Shown here: positions 55,321 to 64,000 of the stretch, in pieces | Position numbering within the stretch: position 1 is the first letter of the stretch | Layout of the letters: each line of letters begins with the position of its first letter | Assembly (NCBI GenBank): GCA_963844715.1 | Contig: CAWJPJ010000006.1 | Coordinates: forward strand, 288,001-352,000 | Reading direction: 5' to 3' | Source: an uncultured Phycisphaerales bacterium | GTDB lineage: Bacteria > Planctomycetota > Phycisphaerae > Tepidisphaerales > Tepidisphaeraceae | Length of the DNA stretch: 64,000 bases | The notes under the pieces: generated by a model | What the model saw: the letters and a program-made list of their open reading frames with translations, nothing else | The model's database searches: none | Told to the model about the DNA's origin: nothing | Position numbers and translations under genes: made by a program

Positions 55321-55797
55321 TTACCAAGCGAAATGGGCGAACGCTTTATTGGCGTCGGCCATGCGATGTGTGTTTTCGCGGGTGCTCATGGCTTTGCCTT
55401 CTTTTTTGTAGGCGGCCATGAGTTCGTCGGCGAGTCGATCCGCCATGGGGCGTCCGCCGCCGTCGCGGCAGGCTTCCAGGATCCAGCGAAATGCCAGGCT
55501 TTGCTGGCGGCGCTTGTTGACCTGCATGGGGACCTGATAGTTGGCCCCGCCGACGCGCCGGCTGCGCACCTCGACGTACGGCTTGACGTTGTTGATGGCC
55601 GTCTCGAAGAGTTCCAGGACGGGAACTTCCTTCATCTTCTTGGAGACCTGGTCCATGGCCTTGTAGACGACCTGCTGCGCGACGGTCTTCTTCCCCTGCC
55701 ACATGAGGCAGTTGATGAATTTACTGACCAGCTTGCTGTTGTAGCGCGGGTCGGGTTTCAGAATGTCTTCGGAAGCGGTGAATTTCTTGAAAGCCAT
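55321..55797 (-). CDS. rpsG: 30S ribosomal protein S7
   Basis: PDPRY, EVRSRRVGGANYQVP, HRMADANKAFAHFAW. Confidence 0.98.
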   Translation of the reverse strand: MAFKKFTASEDILKPDPRYNSKLVSKFINCLMWQGKKTVAQQVVYKAMDQVSKKMKEVPVLELFETAINNVKPYVEVRSRRVGGANYQVPMQVNKRRQQSLAFRWILEACRDGGGRPMADRLADELMAAYKKEGKAMSTRENTHRMADANKAFAHFAW

Positions 55798-55824
55798 CGG
55801 TCTAAGGTTCCTTCTAAACGGGCC

Positions 55825-55953
55825 CTATCGCCGCAGCCACCAGATGAAGGCGGCGATTGCGGCCAAAAGAAAAACTCCAAGGAAAATGAGACTCTTCAGA
55901 TTCGCGTTATACGAGTCAGGATTAATCTCGTCGGCGAGCAGGTGCCAGCCCAT
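55825..55953 (-). CDS. Unannotated 42-aa single-TM small protein between rpsL and rpsG
   Basis: MGWHLLADEINPDSYNANLKSLIFLGVFLLAAIAAFIWWLRR*; ATG 2 nt after the rpsL stop; fills the spacer. Confidence 0.65.
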   Translation of the reverse strand: MGWHLLADEINPDSYNANLKSLIFLGVFLLAAIAAFIWWLRR

Positions 55954-55955
55954 GA

Positions 55956-56327
55956 TTACTTCCCTGACTTGGCGCCGTACTTGCTTCGACTGCGTCTGCG
56001 CCCATCGACGCCCAAGGCGTCCAGTGTTCCGCGGATTACGTGATACCGCACGCCCGGCAGATCGCGTACGCGCCCGCCGCGGACGAGTACGATGCTGTGT
56101 TCCTGAAGATTGTGCTCCTCGCCGGGGATGTAAGCCGTGACTTCCTTCCCGTTGCTCAATCGCACTCGGGCGATCTTGCGCAAGGCGGAGTTCGGCTTCT
56201 TGGGGGTCATGGTCTTGACCTGAAGGCAGACCCCGCGTTTTTGGGGGCAGGCTTCGAGATCTTTGACCTTATTGATTCGCGGCAGACTTCGCCGCGGTTT
56301 TTTGATCAACTGATTAATCGTCGGCAT
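55956..56327 (-). CDS. rpsL: 30S ribosomal protein S12
   Basis: [32 protein letters not shown]. Confidence 0.98.
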   Translation of the reverse strand: MPTINQLIKKPRRSLPRINKVKDLEACPQKRGVCLQVKTMTPKKPNSALRKIARVRLSNGKEVTAYIPGEEHNLQEHSIVLVRGGRVRDLPGVRYHVIRGTLDALGVDGRRRSRSKYGAKSGK

Positions 56328-56366
56328 TGCGGTCCTGGCTCTCTTTCGTGAAGCGACAAGTCGTCA

Positions 56367-56395
56367 AGTATAAATTAGGGTATCGAGAGGATCAA
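56367..56395 (-). promoter_or_regulatory. Sigma70 promoter of rpsL operon
   Basis: TTGATC-17 bp-TATACT on the minus strand. Confidence 0.65.
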
Positions 56396-56705
56396 GTCGG
56401 CGGCGGTCACACCCTGCGAGCGATGATTCAGGGCCGAAAATCCCACTCCGATTTCACTTTTGGCTTGACTTTCGCCCTCGTATTAACAGGAAATTAATGG
56501 CGGCTAACGGGGGACCTTGGTTACATATTGAAGCATGAGTCGCGCCAAGTAGCGGTGGCAAAGCTCAATTTGCGACGAATCTAGGGCGGTGGTGTCGCAA
56601 AAACGGCAGAGTTCTCGGGAGAGACATTTCCCCAAAATCTGGATTAACGCCAAGGCGGGCAGGCCGATTCTGTGCCGTGCTGCGCGTTTCCAAAAGGAGA
56701 GAGTT

Positions 56706-58027
56706 ATGAGCATTGTAGAGTCAGAAACGTCACGGTCCGTTCGTCGTATCACACGTCTTGAAGGCCTCGCGGGCGGGGCATTGGTCGCCGCCGCGGTGTT
56801 CGCGGCTGCGCAAACCTTGCGAGCGCTCAACAAATCGCGATGCAGGTGACCGGTGGAACCACCACCGACCCAACCAGCGCCAACGCGGTCACCTGGTTCA
56901 ACACCTCGAACTGGAATCAGAACGGTGTTACCGGAATGCTTCCGGAGAGCTATGTCGCCAGTCCGAATGCCCAGGCAATCAGTGCGGACAACGCCACCAT
57001 GCCGTCTGTTGGTTTGGTGTTCGACCCAGTGAACGATCCGAACGCGGCCCGCCTGGGAGGAAATGCCTATGTCGCGAATTTGGACAATATCGGGAACTCG
57101 CTTTATATCACGACGGCCAGTGTCGGCACCTACGTCGCTCCCAGCAAGCTCACCATCGATAGCGGCACGATCATCACGGGCACGACCACGATTGGCCGCG
57201 ACGGGGCGGGCATCCTGGCCCTCAACGGCGGAACGTTCATCACCGAGGGCGCTCTCAAGGTTCAAGGATCGAATAAGATCCTGACGGCCCTGGGCTCCGG
57301 CACCTTCGAATACCACGGCGGAACCCTTGACGCGGTCGCGGGCATCCAGGTCGGCTCGGGCGCTTGCAGCACAGGTTTGTCCCGAACGTCGGCCGGCGTC
57401 GGGACCTTCGTCTTTTACAACGACGGCCCGGCGGGCGCGATTCTGAGCCAGAACGGTTTCCAGGTCGCCATCAACACCAGTCAAAACGGGACCATCGGCA
57501 TCGTCGAGTTCCACTATGACAAAAATATCGGCGGCGTCGGCGGGACCCGCCCCATTCAGACGAACTGGAACCAGGGCAACGGCGGATTCGGTCAGGGAAT
57601 CCTGCATCTGGACAACAACACCAACACGTCGTCCCGCCTGAATCTTGTCCTCGATGCCGCCCCCACCGTCATCCACGGCGTCGTTCAGAACCTCGGCCTC
57701 TTCGATGACACCGTTATTGAGGGCTCCGGCACCTATCCAAGGGCTTTCTACTCCGTCGATGGCACGAGGGTCTTCACCCAGGGCGCCACGATCCGCGCCG
57801 CATACGATGGGCGAACGTATAGCTGGACCATCAGCTACAGCGGGCAAATCAACTTCACGGACACCGCGACCTCGTCTTACACATCGGCGGACATCGAAGC
57901 CACGGGCGGCAGCGACGTCGTATTGATAGCGGTACCCGAACCGAGCAGCGCGGCGGTGCTCGGAACCGTTGGCAGCATGATCCTCGCCCGCCGCCGGCGA
58001 CGCCGAAAGGAGAAAACCTCTGGCTAA
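56706..58027 (+). CDS. PEP-CTERM surface protein, paralog 1 (frameshift near 56820-56840)
   Basis: AAGGAG RBS; signal LAGGALVAAAVF; VPEP + TM + RRRRR. Confidence 0.88.
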
Positions 58028-58448
58028 TTGTGCATTACCTTCCACAAGATTCGCTGAATCAGGGCACGAAGCGGCCTGAACATTTTCGCCGCTTCGTGCC
58101 CTTGTCATTTTCTGCGCTTCGCATCCTCATTCGGCGCGAAGCTGCCTATTTCCACATCGGGAAATGCGACGGGCATCTCCTTCTTAGCGACATGGAATTG
58201 GGCTTAGGCGGGTTCAAACGCTCGGCTTTTTAGGTCTGATGAAAATCGCCGCCGACAGCCGCCTTGCGCGGTTTCGGTTTAGTTTGAGATCAATCGGGGG
58301 AAAACGTTTCCGCTCACCACACTCCACACTGGCAAAACAAAGTGGTTTTGGGCCCGGCAGACACGCCGATTTCGATTGACGTCGCTCCGCGCCTTGTCAT
58401 AACGGACTCAAACGAAACTGAGTAGCGGCACTTAATAGGGAGGACGGG

Positions 58449-59783
58449 ATGACCATTGCCGATGCGACAACCACCCGGGGATTAGGGCGTCATTGGAAGG
58501 TGCAACATCTGGCGGGCGGCGCGCTCCTGGCTGGGGCCGTCTTCTGGTCGGCGCCGAAGGCCGCCGTCGCTCAGTTCGATTACAATGGAACGGGCGGCTC
58601 GTCGACGAATGTGAACTCTACCGGGCTCTCCTGGTTCAACACGTCGAACTGGAGTTACGCGAACGCCACGGGAACGCTGCCCGAAAGCTTTGGCGGGCCC
58701 TTGACTCCGGCTGTGATTCTCTGTGCCCCGAATACATTGTTACCGTCAGTCGGGGTCGTGTTCGATCCGGCGAATGATCCCAATACGCCTGGTGGTCCCA
58801 ACGCCAACTACGTGGCCAATCTGCAAGCTTCCTCTACTCTTTCGGGCGCGTTTTACATAGCCGGCGTTACCACCAACGGCACGGAACCCGCCGCTCCGAA
58901 CAAGCTCACCATCGAAAGCGGAACCATCGTCAGCGATAATTGCACTGTAGGACGCGACTCCGCGGGAATCCTGGCCCTCAACGGCGGTACGTTCGTCTCC
59001 AACACTCGGCTCAAAGTCCAGGGAATTACCGCCGGCCGCACATTCATCGGGACCGGCACGTTTGAATATCACGGCGGCTATCTTGAATCAGGAATCGTCG
59101 AAGTCGGCTCCGAGGGATCCACGAGCGGATTATCCGCCACGTCCGCCGGCGTCGGCTATTTCGTGGTCTTCAACGATGGCCCCGCCGGCGCCATTCTTTC
59201 TCAGAACGGGTTCGAACTTTCGGCGGATTCCACCGGCGCCGGAACCGTGGGAATTGCCGAATTTCATTACGATCTCAACACGGGCGGCGTCGGCGGTACA
59301 CGACCGATTCAAAACAACTGGAACGACGGCAACGCCGAACCGGGCCAAGGCGTGCTATCCCTCAACAACGGGACGGATCAATCCGCCCGCCTGAATCTCG
59401 TCCTCGATACGGCCCCCAGTATCGTCAATGGCGTTGTGCAAAACCTCGGCTTGTTCGACGAAACACTCATTGCCGGCTCCGGAACCTATCCGCGCGCGTT
59501 CTATTCCGTGGACGGCTCTATGGTCTTCACGCAAGGCGCCACCATCAGCGCCGCGTATGCCGGGAAAACCTATAGCTGGACGATCAGCTACAGCGGGCAG
59601 ATCAACTTCACGGACACGGCCACGTCGGCTTATAACTCGACGGGTATTCAAGCCACCGGCGGGAGTGACGTCGTTCTGGTTGGCGTGGCCGTGCCCGAAC
59701 CCGGGAGCCTGACGATTCTTGGGGGATTGGCGAGCGTGATTCTTTCGCGCCGGCGAGCGCGCACTCAGAGGGAGACGGTATGA
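58449..59783 (+). CDS. PEP-CTERM surface protein, paralog 2
   Basis: GGAGG RBS; signal peptide; VPEPGSL..SRRR. Confidence 0.92.
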   Translation: MTIADATTTRGLGRHWKVQHLAGGALLAGAVFWSAPKAAVAQFDYNGTGGSSTNVNSTGLSWFNTSNWSYANATGTLPESFGGPLTPAVILCAPNTLLPSVGVVFDPANDPNTPGGPNANYVANLQASSTLSGAFYIAGVTTNGTEPAAPNKLTIESGTIVSDNCTVGRDSAGILALNGGTFVSNTRLKVQGITAGRTFIGTGTFEYHGGYLESGIVEVGSEGSTSGLSATSAGVGYFVVFNDGPAGAILSQNGFELSADSTGAGTVGIAEFHYDLNTGGVGGTRPIQNNWNDGNAEPGQGVLSLNNGTDQSARLNLVLDTAPSIVNGVVQNLGLFDETLIAGSGTYPRAFYSVDGSMVFTQGATISAAYAGKTYSWTISYSGQINFTDTATSAYNSTGIQATGGSDVVLVGVAVPEPGSLTILGGLASVILSRRRARTQRETV

Positions 59784-61107
59784 CCATCGCTCGATCGACT
59801 CGTGGCAAACGATTTTCGAAATTGGAGTCATTTGCGGGGGGTGCGGTCCTGGCCGCGGCAGCGTTTTGGGCCGCGCCCACGCGCGCCAGCGGTCAGATCG
59901 TGTACGAGGGGACCGGCGGGTCCTCCACTAATCCCAACAGCCCCAGCGCCGAGACTTGGTTCAACCCGGCGAATTGGAACAACTTCGGCACTGTTGGCAC
60001 ACTGCCCGAGAGCTATACGACGATGCCGGGAGCGCCGGATATCGTCGCCGACAATTCGTCGATGCCCATCGTCGGCGTCGTCTTCGATCCGGCGGACGAT
60101 GCGAACACGCCGGGCGGGCCCAACGCCAATTACGTCGCCAATTTGGATACTCTGGTCAGCACATTCTACATCTCCGCGGTGACCACCAACGGCACCCAGC
60201 CGCAGGCGCCCAATAAACTCACCATCGAAAGCGGCACGATTCTGTCGGATTATGTCACGGTCGGCCGGGACTCCCCGGGTATTCTGGCGATGAACGGCGG
60301 CACGCTCGTCGTGCCCACAGAGTTGAAAATTCAGGGAGTTACGCCGGGACGCACGTTTCTGGGAACCGGTACCTTCGAATACCACGGAGGAACTCTGGCG
60401 GTCCAGGACGATATCCATGTCGGCTCGGAGGGGTCGAATACCGGCGTTTCGCTCACGTCGGCCGGGGTGGGATATTTCGTCGTTTATAACGACGGCCCTG
60501 ACGGAGCAATCCTAACCCAGAACGGCTTCGAAACGGCCGTCGATTCGAGCGGCGCGGGCACGGTCGGCATCGTTGAGTTTCACTATGACCTGAACACCGG
60601 CGGCATTGGCGGGACCCGCCCGATTCAAACGAACTGGAACGATGGCGGAGGCGATTCGAAACAGGGACTTCTGGTCATCAATAACAATGTCACACAGTCG
60701 TCCCGGCTCAATCTGGTTCTCGACGTCGCCCGAGCATCGTAAACGGCGTTGTGCAAAATCTGGGCTTGTTCGACGAAACGCTCATTGCCGGCTCCGGAAC
60801 CTATCCGCGCGCGTTCTATTCCGTGGACGGCTCTAAGGTTTTCACGCAAGGCGCCACTATCAGTGCCGCATATGACGGCGCCACATACAGCTGGACGATC
60901 AGCTACAGCGGGCAAATCAACTTCACAAACACGGCCACGTCCGCTTACAACTCGACGGCCATTCAAGCCACCGGCGGGAGTGACGTCGTTCTGGTTGGCG
61001 TGGCCGTGCCCGAACCCGGAAGCCTGACGATTCTTGGGGGATTGGCGAGCCTGATTCTGACACGCCGACGCGGACGGGCAAGACGCGCTCGATCAAGCTT
61101 GCTTTGA
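59780..61107 (+). CDS. PEP-CTERM surface protein, paralog 3 (frameshift near 60730)
   Basis: ATGA-coupled to paralog 2; colinear homology; [11 protein letters not shown]. Confidence 0.9.
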
Positions 61108-61139
61108 CCTTTGCCTCCCGATTTCTAAACTTGCGTCCC

Positions 61140-62473
61140 ATGACGCAATTCAAAGACGTTGCCGTGACGGCCGAGGGGCAATCCATCTCTTCATCTGGCG
61201 GGCGCCTGAGCGTGCCGGATCGGCCGATTGTTCCGTTTATTGAAGGCGACGGCACGGGGCCGGATATCTGGCGGGCCAGCCGGCGCGTCTTTGACGCGGC
61301 CGTCGAGAAGGCTTACGCGGGAACGCGCAAAATCGCCTGGATGGAAGTGTTTGCGGGGGAAAAAAGTTTTAACAAGTTCAATACCTGGCTTCCCGACGAG
61401 ACGGTGGAGGCTTTCCGCACGTTTCGCGTTGGGATCAAGGGTCCCCTTACCACGCCGGTCGGTGGAGGAATTCGATCGCTCAACGTCGCGCTGCGGCAGA
61501 TGCTCGATCTTTTCGTTTGCCTGCGGCCGGTGCGCTATTTCAAGGGTGTTCCATCGCCGGTGAAGCAGCCGGAGAAAGTGGATGTCGTGCTCTTCCGTGA
61601 AAATACGGAGGACATCTACGCCGGCATCGAATACCCGGCTGGCAGTCCCGAATCGCAAAAGATTTTGGATTTCCTTCAGCAGAATTTTCCTAAGGAATTC
61701 AAAAAGATCCGTTTCGGCAGCAAGGACGCCTCCGCTTCGTGGCAGCATGAGCTGGAAGGGATCGGCGCACGGCGCGGCCGGTGAACGTCGAGGTGGGGAT
61801 CGGCTTCAAGCCGATGAGTTATCTCGGAACCGAACGCCTGGTCTACACCGCCATCGGGTACGCCATCAAGCACAAGAGAAAGAGCGTGACGCTGGTTCAC
61901 AAGGGGAACATCATGAAGTTTACGGAGGGCGCTTTCCGCGATTGGGGGTATCGGGTTGCCAAGCAGTTCTTTGGGGCTGTCGAGATCGACAAGGGGCCGT
62001 GGTGCAAAATTCCCGAGGGCAAACCGGGAGCGGGAATTGTGATTAAGGACGCGATCGCTGACATCGCGCTCCAGCAGGTGCTCACGCGGCCCGAGGATTT
62101 TGACGTGATTGCGACGCCGAATCTGAACGGCGATTATCTGTCGGATGCGCTGGCGGCTCAGGTTGGAGGGATCGGCATTGCGCCGGGCGGGAATATCAAC
62201 ACCGTCACCGGGCATGCCGTCTTCGAGGCGACGCATGGCACGGCCCCCAAATACGCGAATCAGGATGTCGTCAATCCGGGGAGCATGATTCTGTCGGGCG
62301 TGATGCTTTTGGAGCACCTCGGTTGGCAGGAGGCGGGAGATTTGATCGTCCATGGACTTGAGCGCGCCATCGCCGCCAAGACGGTGACGTACGATTTTGC
62401 CCGGCAGATGGAGGGGGCCACGCAGATAAAATGCAGCGAGTTTGCCACGGAAATGATTCGGCACATGGGCTGA
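61140..62473 (+). CDS. icd: NADP-dependent isocitrate dehydrogenase (frameshift near 61770)
   Basis: [56 protein letters not shown]. Confidence 0.95.
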
Positions 62474-62766
62474 ATCCGGGGGGTCTGGCGCTGGCGGTTG
62501 TGGCCGCTTATTACCACCGGAAATGGGCTCGACCTGCGATAATCTAGGCAAGCTGCGCCGCCTTCGCGGCGATTAAGACTGGTCATTTCTTGACATAGCC
62601 CTGAGTAGATTCTAGGGTTATATTGTTTTACGCTGGCTCCATTGGCAAATGGAGTTGGCCCTCCAGCCGGGCGAGAGGGGTAGAGGTCCCGGCGGTGGCA
62701 GGTGCGAACCCAAGGTTCGGCATGTCTCAATCGCGAAACACCGTAACCGGCCCCACTGCGGCGGCA

Positions 62767-64000
62767 ATGTCTTCCAGCAACCTCGATACCGAAGTGGGTA
62801 AGGTCGTCATCGACATGGGTCTGGCGACGAAAACCGAGATTACGTTTTGTCGCGAGCAGCAAAAACAAGCCTCCGATCCCAACGCACGCAGTCTTTCCGA
62901 TCTTCTCATCGAGCATAATTTCATCACCGTCAACCAGGCGAAGCGCATCCGGCAGACTCTGGCCGAGCGCAAAAGCAACGAAATCCCGGGTTACGAAATC
63001 CTGGGGCAGCTTGGCAAGGGGGCGATGGCGACCGTTTACAAGGCCCGGCAGCTTTCGCTGGACCGCATCGTGGCGATCAAAATCCTGCCGAAGAAAATGA
63101 ACGAAAGCCGAGACTTCGTCGAGCGGTTTTACAAGGAAGGAAAAGCCGCGGCTCGCCTGAGTCATAACAACATCGTCCAGGCGATCGACGTCGGCGAATC
63201 GCCCAAGGGTTTGCACTATTTCGTGATGGAGTATCTCGAGGGGAAGACGCTTTACGACATGATGGCCCCCCCGCCCGCCGGGGAGGGGCACAAATTCACC
63301 GAGGACGAGGCGCTGGATATCTCGATCCAAATGGCCGACGCCCTGGCTCACGCCCATCAGCGCGGATTGATTCACCGCGACGTCAAACCCAAGAATATCA
63401 TGCTGACACCCAACGGCGTCGCCAAGTTGACCGATCTGGGTCTGGCCCGGCAGACTGAAGACACCGCCGCCGCCGAAAGCGAAGCCGGAAAAGCCTACGG
63501 CACGCCGTACTACATCAGCCCCGAGCAAATTCGCGGGGACGTGGACATCGACTTCCGCGCTGATATCTATTCGCTTGGCGCGACGATGTATCACTTGGTG
63601 ACGGGTCATCCGCCGTTTGAGGGGGACACGCCCAGCGCCGTGATGCACAAGCATCTTCGCGACACGCTCGTTCCCGCCGATCACATCAACACGGAACTCT
63701 CATCCGGCTTCGGCGAGATCATCGACGTGGCGATGGCGAAGAAGCGCGAGGAGCGTTACGCCTCGACGGAAGAATTGGTCGAGGATTTGCGGGCGGTGCG
63801 GAATCGCCAGCCGCCGATCCATTCACGGCGGGCGCTCGATTTGGATCGGCTGGCGCAGATCGAAGAAACGGGGCATGTCGTCGATACGGTTCCGGCGCCG
63901 GTGCCGGAAGTGAAGCCGTGGCAGACTCCGCTCGTCAAGATTTTGATCTGGGCCACCGGGGTTTCATTATTCATTAACATCATTCTGGTGCTGATCCTAT
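62767..64000 (+). CDS. Hanks-type Ser/Thr protein kinase (3'-truncated; absent from ORF track)
   Basis: Manual translation: LGKGAMATVYKA, VAIK, HRDVKPKN, DLGLAR, GTPYYISPEQ, DIYSLG; TM segment begins at the window end; alternative start 62722. Confidence 0.93.
   Translation, partial: MSSSNLDTEVGKVVIDMGLATKTEITFCREQQKQASDPNARSLSDLLIEHNFITVNQAKRIRQTLAERKSNEIPGYEILGQLGKGAMATVYKARQLSLDRIVAIKILPKKMNESRDFVERFYKEGKAAARLSHNNIVQAIDVGESPKGLHYFVMEYLEGKTLYDMMAPPPAGEGHKFTEDEALDISIQMADALAHAHQRGLIHRDVKPKNIMLTPNGVAKLTDLGLARQTEDTAAAESEAGKAYGTPYYISPEQIRGDVDIDFRADIYSLGATMYHLVTGHPPFEGDTPSAVMHKHLRDTLVPADHINTELSSGFGEIIDVAMAKKREERYASTEELVEDLRAVRNRQPPIHSRRALDLDRLAQIEETGHVVDTVPAPVPEVKPWQTPLVKILIWATGVSLFINIILVLIL

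Noticed and set aside
58299..58311. LacI-type operator GGAAAACGTTTCC upstream of PEP-CTERM paralog 2
   Set aside because: Single imperfect palindrome with no regulator nearby; not distinguishable from chance.
62260..63684. 474-aa minus-strand ORF and other long antisense ORFs (20335-21492, 35407-36483, 56504-58108)
   Set aside because: Shadow frames of real opposite-strand genes in GC-rich DNA; the true gene at 62767 onward is a + strand kinase.

Overview
GC-rich bacterial chromosomal segment. Gene content suggests Planctomycetota, probably Phycisphaerae/Tepidisphaerales-like (inference from the futalosine menaquinone genes, alpha2-type GlyRS, PEP-CTERM proteins, CGYDLRATPERCPECG membrane proteins and a Ser/Thr kinase). 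It is mostly housekeeping (astD, ubiX/ubiA/mqnE, ispD, glgP, rpsT, glyQS, def, fmt, mnmA, tRNA-Gly, serS, rpsG/rpsL, icd). About 20 single-base frameshifts look like long-read indel errors. Signals missed by the ORF track: (1) a near-consensus 28-bp dif (XerCD) site at 31977-32004, close to a C-rich to G-rich strand switch of unexpected polarity and next to a small accessory island; (2) a 42-codon membrane-protein ORF filling the rpsL-rpsG spacer; (3) a nested IS630+IS5 insertion that replaced the last 4 codons of glyQS with 4 IS-encoded codons; (4) several REP-like repeat families, a 20-bp mini-hairpin inserted into other repeats, and one repeat translated in-frame inside a ketosynthase; (5) many genes with leaderless-type -10 geometry; (6) two lower-GC candidate defence cassettes (unknown + metallophosphoesterase; HNH + TIR); (7) a triplicated PEP-CTERM family with homogenised 3' ends. 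No CRISPR array, rRNA or integrase was seen. All calls are by-eye motif recognition; no searches were run.
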